Part shown: one piece after another, positions 27,709 to 38,072 of the stretch
Position numbering within the stretch: position 1 is the first letter of the stretch
Layout: every line of letters starts with the position of its first letter
Sequence record: MZ170040.1
Reading direction: 5' to 3' (one strand)
Source of the DNA: Escherichia phage vB_EcoM_FJ1
Length of the DNA: 64,000 nucleotides
Program-made: the position numbers and the translations under genes
The notes under the pieces: model-generated
The model's input: only the letters and a program-made list of their open reading frames with translations
Told to the model about the DNA's origin: nothing
The model's database searches: none

Positions 27709-29217
27709 ATGGATATTAAAGTACATTTTCACGACTTCAGTCATGTACGCATCGATTGTGAAGAGAGCACGTTCCACGAATTAAGAGATTTCTTTTCGTT
27801 TGAGGCCGATGGATATAGATTTAATCCTCGCTTCAGATATGGCAACTGGGATGGACGAATCCGTCTTTTAGATTATAATCGTCTTCTTCCATTTGGCTTA
27901 GTCGGGCAAATTAAAAAGTTCTGTGATAACTTTGGCTATAAAGCCTGGATTGACCCGCAAATTAACGAAAAAGAAGAATTATCAAGAAAAGATTTTGATG
28001 AATGGCTTTCTAAATTAGAAATCTATTCAGGAAATAAAAGAATTGAACCGCACTGGTATCAAAAAGATGCAGTGTTCGAAGGATTAGTTAATCGTCGTAG
28101 AATTCTTAATCTTCCAACATCCGCTGGTAAATCTTTAATTCAAGCTTTGCTTGCGCGATATTATTTGGAAAATTATGAAGGTAAAATTCTTATCATTGTT
28201 CCAACAACTGCTCTGACAACTCAGATGGCTGATGACTTCGTCGACTATCGTTTATTCAGTCATGCAATGATAAAGAAAATTGGCGGCGGAGCATCAAAAG
28301 ATGATAAATATAAAAATGATGCACCAGTCGTTGTTGGTACATGGCAAACTGTAGTAAAACAACCGAAAGAATGGTTCTCACAGTTTGGAATGATGATGAA
28401 TGATGAATGCCATCTTGCTACAGGAAAAAGTATTTCATCTATCATATCAGGTTTAAATAACTGTATGTTTAAATTTGGTTTGTCTGGTTCATTACGTGAC
28501 GGCAAAGCCAATATCATGCAGTATGTTGGAATGTTTGGTGAAATATTTAAGCCAGTAACGACCTCTAAATTAATGGAAGATGGACAAGTAACTGAGTTAA
28601 AAATTAATAGTATTTTTCTTCGCTATCCCGATGAGTTCACTACTAAATTAAAGGGAAAAACTTATCAAGAAGAAATAAAAATTATTACTGGGCTTAGTAA
28701 AAGAAATAAATGGATCGCTAAATTAGCTATTAAGCTTGCACAAAAAGATGAAAACGCTTTTGTCATGTTTAAACATGTATCGCATGGTAAAGCTATTTTC
28801 GATTTAATTAAAAATGAATACGATAAAGTTTATTACGTATCAGGGGAAGTTGATACCGAAACCCGCAATATAATGAAAACCTTAGCTGAAAATGGTAAAG
28901 GAATAATTATAGTAGCGAGTTATGGTGTATTTTCTACTGGTATTTCAGTTAAAAATCTGCATCATGTTGTTTTAGCGCACGGCGTTAAATCAAAAATCAT
29001 TGTATTACAAACAATCGGTCGTGTATTACGTAAGCATGGTTCTAAGACAATAGCAACTGTCTGGGACCTCATAGATGATTGTGGCGTTAAGCCAAAATCT
29101 GCTAATACGAAAAAGAAATATGTTCATTTGAACTATCTTTTAAAACACGGCATTGATCGTATTCAGCGCTACGCAGATGAAAAATTTAATTACGTAATGA
29201 AAACAGTTAATTTATAA
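27709..29217 (+). CDS. uvsW: UvsW DNA/RNA helicase
   Basis: 502 aa; helicase motifs (PTSAGKS Walker A, DECH box); matches T4 UvsW. Confidence 0.9.
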   Translation: MDIKVHFHDFSHVRIDCEESTFHELRDFFSFEADGYRFNPRFRYGNWDGRIRLLDYNRLLPFGLVGQIKKFCDNFGYKAWIDPQINEKEELSRKDFDEWLSKLEIYSGNKRIEPHWYQKDAVFEGLVNRRRILNLPTSAGKSLIQALLARYYLENYEGKILIIVPTTALTTQMADDFVDYRLFSHAMIKKIGGGASKDDKYKNDAPVVVGTWQTVVKQPKEWFSQFGMMMNDECHLATGKSISSIISGLNNCMFKFGLSGSLRDGKANIMQYVGMFGEIFKPVTTSKLMEDGQVTELKINSIFLRYPDEFTTKLKGKTYQEEIKIITGLSKRNKWIAKLAIKLAQKDENAFVMFKHVSHGKAIFDLIKNEYDKVYYVSGEVDTETRNIMKTLAENGKGIIIVASYGVFSTGISVKNLHHVVLAHGVKSKIIVLQTIGRVLRKHGSKTIATVWDLIDDCGVKPKSANTKKKYVHLNYLLKHGIDRIQRYADEKFNYVMKTVNL

Positions 29218-29242
29218 GGGCTTCGGCCCTTTGGAGAAAAAG

Positions 29243-29473
29243 ATGTTACTAGGATTTAAACAATTTCTTTATGAAGCTTCTATTGATGAATTTATGGGTA
29301 AAATTGCCTCTTGTCAAACATTAGAAGGTTTAGAAGAACTTGAAGCTTATTATAAGAAAAGAGTCAAAGAAACTGAATTAAAAGATACTGATGACATCTC
29401 TGTAAGAGATGCTTTGGCAGGAAAAAGAGCTGAATTAGAAGATTCAGACGATGAAGTAGAAGAAAGCTTTTAA
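29243..29473 (+). CDS. UvsW.1 small acidic protein
   Basis: Track start 29231 is TTG; ATG at 29243 with GGAG 8 nt upstream gives 76 aa. Confidence 0.7.
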   Translation: MLLGFKQFLYEASIDEFMGKIASCQTLEGLEELEAYYKKRVKETELKDTDDISVRDALAGKRAELEDSDDEVEESF

Positions 29474-29482
29474 ATTAAAAAA

Positions 29483-29505
29483 GGCCCAACCAAAAAGGAA
29501 GGGCC
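29483..29505. terminator. hairpin between convergent uvsW.1 (+) and minus-strand ORFs
   Basis: GGCCC...(13 nt loop)...GGGCC. Confidence 0.4.
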
Positions 29506-29528
29506 AAAACTATAGACTAAAGGTCACA

Positions 29529-29696
29529 CTATAGCAAAAGTTGTGTTTCATTTAATTGTTCTTCCGAACTTTCTGAAACTGGTAGTTCTTTAATGTAATT
29601 ATAGCAAGGCCCAGGATGTACAGGACCTTTGTCTGTTTCAACAACCAATGCAGAATCGATTGGAGTTTTACAGACAACACAAATCTTATCTGACAT
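29529..29696 (-). CDS. small Cys-containing protein (T4 uvsY.-2 position), not in ORF track because under 60 aa
   Basis: 55-codon ATG ORF MSDKICVVCKTPIDS...; fits between uvsY.-1 and the convergent terminator. Confidence 0.55.
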   Translation of the reverse strand: MSDKICVVCKTPIDSALVVETDKGPVHPGPCYNYIKELPVSESSEEQLNETQLLL

Positions 29697-29721
29697 GATT
29701 GTCTCCTCTGAATTATATATC

Positions 29722-29729
29722 TATTTATA
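29722..29729 (-). promoter_or_regulatory. late promoter-like TATAAATA (minus strand) upstream of the 55-aa ORF
   Basis: Reverse complement TATTTATA on + strand, 26 nt upstream of ATG at 29696. Confidence 0.4.
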
Positions 29730-29949
29730 CAACTCTCATATGCATATCAATGCCCATATCTTTAGAATAAAAATACTCATCAAGATACCCGGCAAATTTT
29801 CCTTTAATATAAAGGACATCTTCACCACACGGGTGATCGGCCAGGATACGAATATCCTGACGCTTAAGATTATGCTTTTTCATTAAGAATTGAATTTCCG
29901 TTTCAAATTCTTCTTCATAATTAAAAGCATCATCAATGCTATATCTCAT
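29725..29949 (-). CDS. hypothetical protein (T4 uvsY.-1 position)
   Basis: 74 aa ATG ORF immediately downstream of uvsY. Confidence 0.65.
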   Translation of the reverse strand: MRYSIDDAFNYEEEFETEIQFLMKKHNLKRQDIRILADHPCGEDVLYIKGKFAGYLDEYFYSKDMGIDMHMRVV

Positions 29950-30362
29950 TATTTTCCAGCCTCAAATGCTCGCATGTCTTGAATATGCTTAATAGCAAAT
30001 CCACGCGATTTAATAGCATCAAGAGCTCCGCTACAGAAATCTAATAAAATTCCCCAATATTGTAATGAAGTATCAACCTTTAAAACATCCTTATCAGCTG
30101 ATAGAACTGTTTTCATTTCTGATTTCTCGTAACGATCCATACTAAATTCATCACCATCTCCTCGTCCCGAGTAGTAGTCTAATTTAGCTTTAAGAGCAAC
30201 TTTTTTCTGTGCATCAATTCTAAGCATTTCCTTTTTAATACTTGAATGCTTATTGAGCCATTTACTATATAACATCACATTATTAGCTGCTTCATACTGT
30301 AATTTAGTCGAATCTATAAACACATCTTTCTTCAATTCTTCTTGAAGATCTTCTAATCTCAT
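29949..30362 (-). CDS. uvsY: recombination mediator protein UvsY
   Basis: 137 aa, matches T4 UvsY length and position. Confidence 0.9.
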   Translation of the reverse strand: MRLEDLQEELKKDVFIDSTKLQYEAANNVMLYSKWLNKHSSIKKEMLRIDAQKKVALKAKLDYYSGRGDGDEFSMDRYEKSEMKTVLSADKDVLKVDTSLQYWGILLDFCSGALDAIKSRGFAIKHIQDMRAFEAGK

Positions 30363-30402
30363 ATTGTTCTCTATTCAATTGTTATTGGATGGACTTAGAT
30401 TC

Positions 30403-30431
30403 ATTATACCACGTTTTAACGTGAAGCATTA
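30403..30431 (-). promoter_or_regulatory. MotA-dependent middle promoter (P-uvsY type)
   Basis: Minus strand TAATGCTTCA (MotA box) - 13 nt - TATAAT, about 40 nt upstream of uvsY ATG; MotA box overlaps gene 25 stop codon. Confidence 0.65.
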
Positions 30432-30827
30432 TACCCTATTACTCGAAGCCAGTTGCAGTTTTATCTGCTCAATATCATCAGGGTTATCGATGACCGAAAA
30501 GCGTATTTCTACTATCAGAGTATAATCATCATAAACTGGTATCACATTAACTGATAATTTATCAATACGTGGCTCATAGTTTCTTACTGCGCTTTCAATA
30601 TTGCGCTCAACTGTGTCAGCAGTAAGAGGAGTCATATTTTCAAAAAGCTGGTCTGATAAATCACATCCAAATTCAGGGTCAAACGGTCTTGAACCTTTTC
30701 TTGTTGTAATAATTCCCAAAAGACTGTTTTTAATTGACCTTAATCCAAGTGATCTGGAAACATCTTTGTTCCAATCCATTTTCATTTCCGGGTCAATATC
30801 AGAATAAAGCTTATTAATATTTGCCAT
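30429..30827 (-). CDS. 25: baseplate wedge protein gp25
   Basis: 132 aa, matches T4 gp25. Confidence 0.9.
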   Translation of the reverse strand: MANINKLYSDIDPEMKMDWNKDVSRSLGLRSIKNSLLGIITTRKGSRPFDPEFGCDLSDQLFENMTPLTADTVERNIESAVRNYEPRIDKLSVNVIPVYDDYTLIVEIRFSVIDNPDDIEQIKLQLASSNRV

Positions 30828-31453
30828 TATAGTAACTCAAAGAACTCTTTGAGGCCTCTTATTACGTGAGCATGGGTTTTTCCACACTCTGGACACTTAA
30901 TTGGAACAGCCAAATAAACGGTAGGTTTTAAAAGCATATCTTTTATAGCTACAATATCTGACTCTGTGATGATAGAATATAAATCTTCCAACTCTTTTTC
31001 ATTTAAGTCTTCAATTGGAATGCTTTCACCGTTAGCATGAATCGTTTCTATACATGATACTATCATGTGGGCTATATTTTTATCATCAAAAATTTTAGGG
31101 TAATGGAACTTAATTTTAATGTCACCTAGTGTATACCAGAGGTCTTCTGGTGCATCTATTTGCGTATGTAATAGATTTATATGGGTTGGTATTTCAGTTC
31201 CACAGGTGCACTTCCAGGAGTTTTCGTGATTAACTTCTCCAAGAGAATGCGCCCATAAATGAATCAACAATAGTTCTGATTCTTGGCGGTTTAAATCTTT
31301 TGCATTTGTGCAGTCTTTGATTAGCTTTTTAACAATTACTTCTACGGAACCATTATTTTTAGCAGTAATAAGTTCTAGATATTCTTTAAGCGTGAATGCG
31401 CGACAATTGATTATTTTAGAACCAACTCTCACATCAAATTTGTATTCATACAT
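30827..31453 (-). CDS. 26: baseplate hub protein gp26
   Basis: 208 aa, matches T4 gp26. Confidence 0.85.
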   Translation of the reverse strand: MYEYKFDVRVGSKIINCRAFTLKEYLELITAKNNGSVEVIVKKLIKDCTNAKDLNRQESELLLIHLWAHSLGEVNHENSWKCTCGTEIPTHINLLHTQIDAPEDLWYTLGDIKIKFHYPKIFDDKNIAHMIVSCIETIHANGESIPIEDLNEKELEDLYSIITESDIVAIKDMLLKPTVYLAVPIKCPECGKTHAHVIRGLKEFFELL

Positions 31454-31474
31454 ATTTAGCTCCTTTATTTATCA

Positions 31475-31482
31475 TATTTATA
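31475..31482 (-). promoter_or_regulatory. late promoter TATAAATA (minus strand) for genes 26/25
   Basis: TATTTATA on + strand = TATAAATA on minus, 22 nt upstream of gene 26 ATG. Confidence 0.6.
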
Positions 31483-31486
31483 AATA
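31479..31486 (+). promoter_or_regulatory. late promoter TATAAATA (plus strand) for gene 51
   Basis: TATAAATA 18 nt upstream of gene 51 ATG; overlaps the minus-strand promoter by 4 nt. Confidence 0.6.
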
Positions 31487-31503
31487 GAATAAAAGGAGCA
31501 TCT

Positions 31504-32253
31504 ATGGCAAACATTATTCGTTGTAAATTACCAGATGGTGTTCATCGTTTTAAACCATTTACGGTAGAAGATTATCGAGATTTTTTGTTAGTTCGAAACG
31601 ATATAGAACATCGGTCACCACAAGAACAAAAAGAAATAATTACTGATTTAATTGATGATTATTTTGGAGACTATCCGAAGACTTGGCAACCATTTATATT
31701 TTTGCAGGTATTTGTAGGGTCAATAGGTAAAACAAAAGTACCAGTCACATTCGTATGTCCAAAATGTAAAAAAGAAAAGACAGTTCCATTTGAAATATAT
31801 CAAAAAGAATTAAAGGAACCTGTTTTTGATGTAGCTAATGTTAAAATTAAATTAAAGTTTCCTTCTGAGTTTTATGAAAATAAAGCAAAGATGATTACTG
31901 AAAATATTCATTCCGTTCAAGTAGATGAAATGTGGTATGACTGGAAGGAAATTAGCGAATCAAGTCAAATAGAACTTGTTGATGCCATCGAGATAGAAAC
32001 ATTAGAAAAAATTCTCGATGCAATGAATCCTATTAATTTAACATTACATATGTCATGTTGTAATAAGTATGTAAAAAAATACACTGATATAGTAGATGTG
32101 TTTAAGCTATTAGTTAACCCAGATGAAATATTTACTTTTTATCAAATTAATCACACACTCGTAAAAAGTAATTATAGCTTAAATTCAATAATGAAAATGA
32201 TTCCTGCTGAGCGCGGATTCGTATTAAAACTGATTGAGAAGGATAAACAATAA
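31504..32253 (+). CDS. 51: baseplate hub assembly protein gp51
   Basis: 249 aa, matches T4 gp51. Confidence 0.85.
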   Translation: MANIIRCKLPDGVHRFKPFTVEDYRDFLLVRNDIEHRSPQEQKEIITDLIDDYFGDYPKTWQPFIFLQVFVGSIGKTKVPVTFVCPKCKKEKTVPFEIYQKELKEPVFDVANVKIKLKFPSEFYENKAKMITENIHSVQVDEMWYDWKEISESSQIELVDAIEIETLEKILDAMNPINLTLHMSCCNKYVKKYTDIVDVFKLLVNPDEIFTFYQINHTLVKSNYSLNSIMKMIPAERGFVLKLIEKDKQ

Positions 32254-33428
32254 TGAGTATGTTGCAACGCCCAGGATATCCAAATCTCAGCGTTAAATTA
32301 TTTGATAGCTACGACGCTTGGAGTAATAATAGATTTGTTGAATTAGCTGCTACTATTACCACATTAACTATGCGGGATTCTCTTTATGGCCGAAATGAAG
32401 GAATGCTGCAGTTTTATGATTCTAAAAATATCCATACAAAAATGGATGGAAATGAAATAATTCAGATTTCTGTAGCTAATGCAAACGATATTAATAATGT
32501 TAAAACAAGAATTTATGGATGTAAGCATTTTTCAGTGTCAGTAGATTCAAAGGGTGATAACATCATTGCTATTGAATTGGGAACTATTCATTCTATAGAA
32601 AATCTTAAATTTGGCAGACCGTTTTTCCCTGATGCAGGTGAATCTATAAAAGAAATGCTTGGCGTCATTTATCAAGACCGCACATTATTAACTCCAGCAA
32701 TAAATGCAATAAATGCTTATGTTCCTGATATTCCGTGGACTAGCACATTTGAAAACTATTTGTCGTATGTTAGAGAAGTTGCTCTAGCTGTAGGAAGTGA
32801 CAAATTTGTATTTGTGTGGCAAGACATCATGGGAGTTAACATGATGGACTATGATATGATGATAAATCAAGAACCGTATCCAATGATTGTTGGTGAGCCA
32901 TCTTTAATAGGTCAATTCATCCAAGAATTAAAATATCCATTAGCATATGATTTCGTTTGGTTGACTAAATCAAATCCTCACAAACGTGACCCAATGAAAA
33001 ACGCTACTATCTATGCGCATTCATTTTTAGATTCTTCATTGCCAATGATTACTACAGGAAAGGGTGAAAACTCTATTGTAGTGTCAAGGTCAGGTGCTTA
33101 TTCTGAAATGACTTATAGGAATGGATATGAAGAAGCTATTCGTCTTCAGACTATGGCGCAATATGATGGCTATGCTAAATGTTCTACTGTCGGTAATTTT
33201 AATTTGACTCCTGGCGTTAAAATTATTTTTAATGATAGTAAAAACCAATTTAAAACAGAATTTTACGTTGATGAAGTTATCCACGAATTATCCAATAATA
33301 ATTCAGTAACTCATCTATATATGTTCACTAATGCAACGAAACTGGAAACAATAGACCCAGTTAAGGTTAAAAATGAATTTAAATCTGATACTACCACTGA
33401 AGAAAGTAGTTCTTCCAATAAGCAATAA
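32253..33428 (+). CDS. 27: baseplate hub protein gp27
   Basis: 391 aa, matches T4 gp27. Confidence 0.9.
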   Translation: MSMLQRPGYPNLSVKLFDSYDAWSNNRFVELAATITTLTMRDSLYGRNEGMLQFYDSKNIHTKMDGNEIIQISVANANDINNVKTRIYGCKHFSVSVDSKGDNIIAIELGTIHSIENLKFGRPFFPDAGESIKEMLGVIYQDRTLLTPAINAINAYVPDIPWTSTFENYLSYVREVALAVGSDKFVFVWQDIMGVNMMDYDMMINQEPYPMIVGEPSLIGQFIQELKYPLAYDFVWLTKSNPHKRDPMKNATIYAHSFLDSSLPMITTGKGENSIVVSRSGAYSEMTYRNGYEEAIRLQTMAQYDGYAKCSTVGNFNLTPGVKIIFNDSKNQFKTEFYVDEVIHELSNNNSVTHLYMFTNATKLETIDPVKVKNEFKSDTTTEESSSSNKQ

Positions 33429-33909
33429 AGAAGTTTCTATTCCTAAAATGGGTCTTAAACATTATAACATTTTAAAAGATGTTAAAGGTCCTGATGAAAA
33501 TTTAAAACTTCTTATTGATTCTATTTGTCCGAATTTATCACCGGCAGAAGTTGATTTCGTTTCCATTCATTTATTGGAATTTAATGGAAAGATTAAATCT
33601 CGTAAAGAAATAGATGGTTATACTTATGACATTAATGATGTTTATGTATGCCAAAGATTGGAATTTCAATACCAAGGAAATACATTTTATTTTAGACCGC
33701 CTGGAAAATTTGAACAATTTTTAACTGTGAGCGATATGTTATCCAAATGCTTGCTTAAGGTCAATGATGATGAAGTTAAAGAAATTAATTTTCTTGAGAT
33801 GCCAGCATTCGTTTTAAAATGGGCAAATGATATTTTTACAACTTTAGCAATTCCTGGCCCTAATGGTCCAATAACCGGAATTGGCAATATTATTGGATTA
33901 TTTGAATGA
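33373..33909 (+). CDS. 28: baseplate hub distal protein gp28
   Basis: 178 aa; overlaps gene 27 3' end as in T4. Confidence 0.85.
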   Translation: MNLNLILPLKKVVLPISNKEVSIPKMGLKHYNILKDVKGPDENLKLLIDSICPNLSPAEVDFVSIHLLEFNGKIKSRKEIDGYTYDINDVYVCQRLEFQYQGNTFYFRPPGKFEQFLTVSDMLSKCLLKVNDDEVKEINFLEMPAFVLKWANDIFTTLAIPGPNGPITGIGNIIGLFE

Positions 33910-35678
33910 AAAAGCCACAAGAAATGCAAACGATGCGTAGAAAAGTTATTTCAGATAATAAACCAACACAGGAAGCGGCTAAATCCGCTTCTAATACTTT
34001 ATCTGGACTTAATGATATATCTACGAAATTGGATGATGCTCAAGCTGCCTCTGAATTAATAGCTCAAACTGTCGAAGAAAAATCGAATGAAATAATTGGA
34101 GCAATTGATAACGTAGAAAGCGCAGTGAGTGATACTACTGCTGGTTCTGAGTTAATTGCTGAAACTGTCGAAATTGGCAACAATATTAATAAAGAAATCG
34201 GTGAATCACTCGGAAGCAAATTAGATAAATTAACGAGTTTATTAGAACAAAAAATTCAGACAGCTGGAATTCAACAGACGGGAACTAGTTTAGCCACGGT
34301 TGAAAGCGCTATTCCTGTTAAAGTCGTTGAGGATGATACTGCCGAATCTGTGGGTCCTTTATTACCAGCTCCCGAAGCAGTTAATAATGATCCTGACGCT
34401 GATTTTTTCCCTACCCCTCAACCAGTTGAACCCAAACAAGAATCACCAGAAGAAAAACAGAAAAAAGAAGCATTTAACTTAAAATTATCTCAAGCTTTAG
34501 ATAAATTAACAAAGACAGTTGATTTTGGATTTAAGAAATCTATTTCAATTACTGATAAAATATCAAGCATGCTATTTAAGTACACCGTCAGTGCTGCTAT
34601 TGAAGCCGCTAAAATGACTGCAATGATATTGGCTGTTGTTGTTGGAATAGACCTGTTGATGGTTCATTTTAAATACTGGTCAGATAAATTTTCAAAAGCC
34701 TGGGATTTATATAGTACTGATTTTACTAAATTCTCTAGCGAAACCGGAACATGGGGTCCTTTATTACAGAGCATCTTTGATTCTATTGATAAAATTAAAC
34801 AACTTTGGGAAGCGGGAGATTGGGGTGGATTGACAACAGCTATCATAGAAGGACTTGGAAGTGTTCTTTTTAATTTAGGAGAGCTTATTCAATTAGGTAT
34901 GGCTAAATTATCTGCAGCAATTCTTCGAGTCATTCCTGGTATGAAAGATACCGCTGATGAAGTAGAAGGAAGAGCGCTGGAAAATTTCCAAAATACTACA
35001 AATGCTTCTCTTAGCAAAGAAGACCAAGAAAAAGTTGCAAATTATCAATATAAAAGAATGAACGGAGACCTTGGTCCAATAGCAAAAGGATTAGACAAAA
35101 TTGCGAACTGGAAAACTCGTGCATCTAACTGGATTCGTGGTGTAGATAATAAAGAAGCACTAACAACTGATGAAGAGAGAGCAGAGGAAGAAGAAAAATT
35201 AAAGCAGCTTTCACCAGAGGAAGCTAAAATTGCTTTAATGAAAGCTAATGAAGCTCGTGCTGCTATGAATCGTTTTGAAAAATATGCTGATTCAGCTGAT
35301 ATGAGTAAAGACTCAACGGTTAAATCTGTTGAATCTGCCTATGAAGACCTTAAAAAACGGATGGATGACCCGGATTTAAACAATTCACCGGCAGTTAAAA
35401 AAGAACTTGCTGCTAGATTTTCTAAAATTGATGCTACTTATCAAGAGCTCAAGAAAAATCAGCCTAATGCCAAACCTGAAACTTCTGCTAAATCGCCAGA
35501 AGCGAAACAGGTCCAGGTTATTGAAAAGAACAAAGCACAGCAAGCTCCTGTTCAGCAAGCATCTCCTTCAATCAATAATACTAATAATGTTATTAAGAAA
35601 AATACTGTCGTTCATAATATGACACCTGTCACAAGCACAACTGCTCCTGGTGTATTTGATGCGACTGGAGTTAATTAA
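33906..35678 (+). CDS. 29: baseplate hub / tail length tape-measure protein gp29
   Basis: 590 aa, matches T4 gp29. Confidence 0.9.
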   Translation: MKKPQEMQTMRRKVISDNKPTQEAAKSASNTLSGLNDISTKLDDAQAASELIAQTVEEKSNEIIGAIDNVESAVSDTTAGSELIAETVEIGNNINKEIGESLGSKLDKLTSLLEQKIQTAGIQQTGTSLATVESAIPVKVVEDDTAESVGPLLPAPEAVNNDPDADFFPTPQPVEPKQESPEEKQKKEAFNLKLSQALDKLTKTVDFGFKKSISITDKISSMLFKYTVSAAIEAAKMTAMILAVVVGIDLLMVHFKYWSDKFSKAWDLYSTDFTKFSSETGTWGPLLQSIFDSIDKIKQLWEAGDWGGLTTAIIEGLGSVLFNLGELIQLGMAKLSAAILRVIPGMKDTADEVEGRALENFQNTTNASLSKEDQEKVANYQYKRMNGDLGPIAKGLDKIANWKTRASNWIRGVDNKEALTTDEERAEEEEKLKQLSPEEAKIALMKANEARAAMNRFEKYADSADMSKDSTVKSVESAYEDLKKRMDDPDLNNSPAVKKELAARFSKIDATYQELKKNQPNAKPETSAKSPEAKQVQVIEKNKAQQAPVQQASPSINNTNNVIKKNTVVHNMTPVTSTTAPGVFDATGVN

Positions 35679-35686
35679 GGAATAAT

Positions 35687-36781
35687 ATGGCAATTGTTAA
35701 AGAAATAACTACTGATTTAATTAAAAAGTCCGGTGAGAAAATTTCAGCCGGACAGAGCACTAAATCAGAAGTAGTAACTAAAACATATACTGCCCAGTTT
35801 CCAACTGGGCGTGCTAGTGGTAATGACACTACAGGGGACTTCCAGGTAACAGATCTATATAAGAATGGATTATTATTTACTGCATACAATATGTCATCTA
35901 GGGATTCTGGAAGTCTTAGATCGATGAGATCTAACTACTCTTCTGCGTCTTCGGGTATTTTGAGTACAGCTAAAAACACTATTAGTAGTACAGTATCAAA
36001 ACTATCAAATGGATTAATATCAAATAATAATTCAGGAACAATAAGTAAAGCTCCTGTCGCAAACATTCTTTTACCGAGATCTAAATCTGATGTTGACACA
36101 TCATCACATAGATTTAATGATGTTCAAGAAAGCCTTATTAGTAGAGGCGGAGGTACTGCTACTGGTGTGCTAAGTAATATTGCTTCAACCGCAGTATTTG
36201 GGGCACTGGAAAGTATAACACAAGGTATAATGGCTGATAATAATGAGCAGATTTATACGACAGCCAGAAGTATGTACGGTGGCGCTGAAAATAGAACTAA
36301 AGTGTTTACATGGGATTTGACTCCACGTTCAACAGAAGATTTAATGGCTATTATTAATATCTATCAATATTTTAACTATTTTTCTTATGGTGAAACAGGT
36401 AAATCTCAATACACTGCTGAAATAAAGGCGTATTTAGATGATTGGTATCGTTCTACGTTAATTGAACCTTTATCTGCGGAAGACGCAGCTAAAAATAAAA
36501 CACTATTTGAGAAAATGACAGCAAGTTTAACGAACGTTCTAGTAGTTTCAAACCCGACAGTTTGGATGGTGAAAAACTTTGGTGCAACATCTAAGTTTGA
36601 TGGAAAAACGGAAATATTTGGTCCATGCCAAATACAGAGCATTAGATTTGATAAAACACCTAATGGTAACTTTAACGGATTAGCTATTGCTCCAAACCTC
36701 CCTAGTACATTTACTCTCGAGATTACTATGAGAGAAATTATCACGTTAAACCGTGCTTCTTTATATGCGGGGACTTTTTAA
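35687..36781 (+). CDS. 48: baseplate-tail tube junction protein gp48
   Basis: 364 aa, matches T4 gp48. Confidence 0.9.
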   Translation: MAIVKEITTDLIKKSGEKISAGQSTKSEVVTKTYTAQFPTGRASGNDTTGDFQVTDLYKNGLLFTAYNMSSRDSGSLRSMRSNYSSASSGILSTAKNTISSTVSKLSNGLISNNNSGTISKAPVANILLPRSKSDVDTSSHRFNDVQESLISRGGGTATGVLSNIASTAVFGALESITQGIMADNNEQIYTTARSMYGGAENRTKVFTWDLTPRSTEDLMAIINIYQYFNYFSYGETGKSQYTAEIKAYLDDWYRSTLIEPLSAEDAAKNKTLFEKMTASLTNVLVVSNPTVWMVKNFGATSKFDGKTEIFGPCQIQSIRFDKTPNGNFNGLAIAPNLPSTFTLEITMREIITLNRASLYAGTF

Positions 36782-37746
36782 TGTATTCTTTAGAGGAATT
36801 TAATAATCAAGCAATAAACGCAGATTTCCAACGTAATAATATGTTTAGCTGCGTTTTTGCAACAACTCCATCAACTAAAAGCTCTTCGTTGATAAGTTCA
36901 ATTAGCAACTTTTCTTATAATAACTTGGGCCTAAATTCAAATTGGTTAGGATTAACTCAAGGTGATATTAATCAGGGAATTACCACGCTAATTACAGCTG
37001 GCACACAAAAACTGATAAGAAAATCAGGGATTAGTAAATATCTTATTGGTGCCATGAGTCAACGTACAGTTCAAAGTTTATTAGGCTCATTTACAGTTGG
37101 TACATATTTAATTGACTTCTTTAACATGGCATATAACTCATCTGGATTGATGATATACTCTGTAAAAATGCCAGAGAATAGATTATCCTATGAAACTGAC
37201 TGGAACTATAATTCTCCTAATATTCGTATAACTGGGAGAGAATTAGACCCTTTGGTTATTTCATTTAGAATGGATTCAGAAGCTTGTAACTATCGTGCAA
37301 TGCAAGACTGGGTTAACGCTGTTCAAGACCCAGTAACTGGACTGCGTGCTTTGCCACAAGATGTCGAGGCAGATATTCAGGTTAATCTTCATTCTCGTAA
37401 TGGATTGCCTCATACTGCGGTGATGTTCACCGGATGCATTCCAGTGTCCGTAAGCGCTCCTGAACTATCATATGATGGAGATAACCAAATAACTACATTT
37501 GATGTTACTTTTGCGTACAGAGTGATGCAGGCTGGAGCAGTTGATAGGCAAGCTGCGCTTGAATGGCTTGAATCTGCTGCTATAAATGGTATTCAAAGCG
37601 TTCTCGGAAATAGTGGAGGTGTTACTGGACTATCTAATTCGCTTTCACGACTCAGTAGATTAGGGGGAACTGCAGGAAGCATTTCAAACATTAATACTAT
37701 GACAGGAATTGTCAATTCGCAAAGTAAAATATTAGGAGCAATATAA
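36781..37746 (+). CDS. 54: baseplate-tail tube initiator gp54
   Basis: 321 aa, matches T4 gp54. Confidence 0.9.
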   Translation: MYSLEEFNNQAINADFQRNNMFSCVFATTPSTKSSSLISSISNFSYNNLGLNSNWLGLTQGDINQGITTLITAGTQKLIRKSGISKYLIGAMSQRTVQSLLGSFTVGTYLIDFFNMAYNSSGLMIYSVKMPENRLSYETDWNYNSPNIRITGRELDPLVISFRMDSEACNYRAMQDWVNAVQDPVTGLRALPQDVEADIQVNLHSRNGLPHTAVMFTGCIPVSVSAPELSYDGDNQITTFDVTFAYRVMQAGAVDRQAALEWLESAAINGIQSVLGNSGGVTGLSNSLSRLSRLGGTAGSISNINTMTGIVNSQSKILGAI

Positions 37747-37750
37747 CAAC

Positions 37751-37780
37751 GGGGACCTTTCGGTCCCCATATTTTTATTT
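37751..37780. terminator. bidirectional terminator between gene 54 (+) and minus-strand ORF
   Basis: GGGGACC-TTTC-GGTCCCC followed by ATATTTTTATTT. Confidence 0.65.
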
Positions 37781-38065
37781 ACGGAATGAAATGAAAGCAG
37801 AAACTGAAGCAACTAAACTGTCTTCAATATAAACTTCAATTTTTACCGGAGCTTCTGACTCAAATTTACCTGTTACTACACCCTGAAAAATACTTTCAGT
37901 CTGTTCTGGCTTTGAAAAATTTTCAGAAGGAAAAATTCCGAACTTTTTATCTGTTCCAAAAATTTTAATAAATTCATCGTAAACCGCTTCGTTAAAAGCA
38001 TTATCAGCAGGAATAACGCCTTCAACTACAAGTTCTTGACCTAAAAAGCGTAAAGAAGATTTCAT
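37775..38065 (-). CDS. hypothetical protein (T4 alt.-3 position)
   Basis: 96 aa ATG ORF preceded by GAGGA; driven by the repeated early promoter cassette. Confidence 0.65.
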   Translation of the reverse strand: MKSSLRFLGQELVVEGVIPADNAFNEAVYDEFIKIFGTDKKFGIFPSENFSKPEQTESIFQGVVTGKFESEAPVKIEVYIEDSLVASVSAFISFRK

Positions 38066-38072
38066 TTTGTGT

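Noticed and set aside
29629-29886. 85-aa plus-strand ORF
   Set aside because: Antisense overlap with the uvsY.-1 and uvsY.-2 position ORFs on the minus strand; no start context
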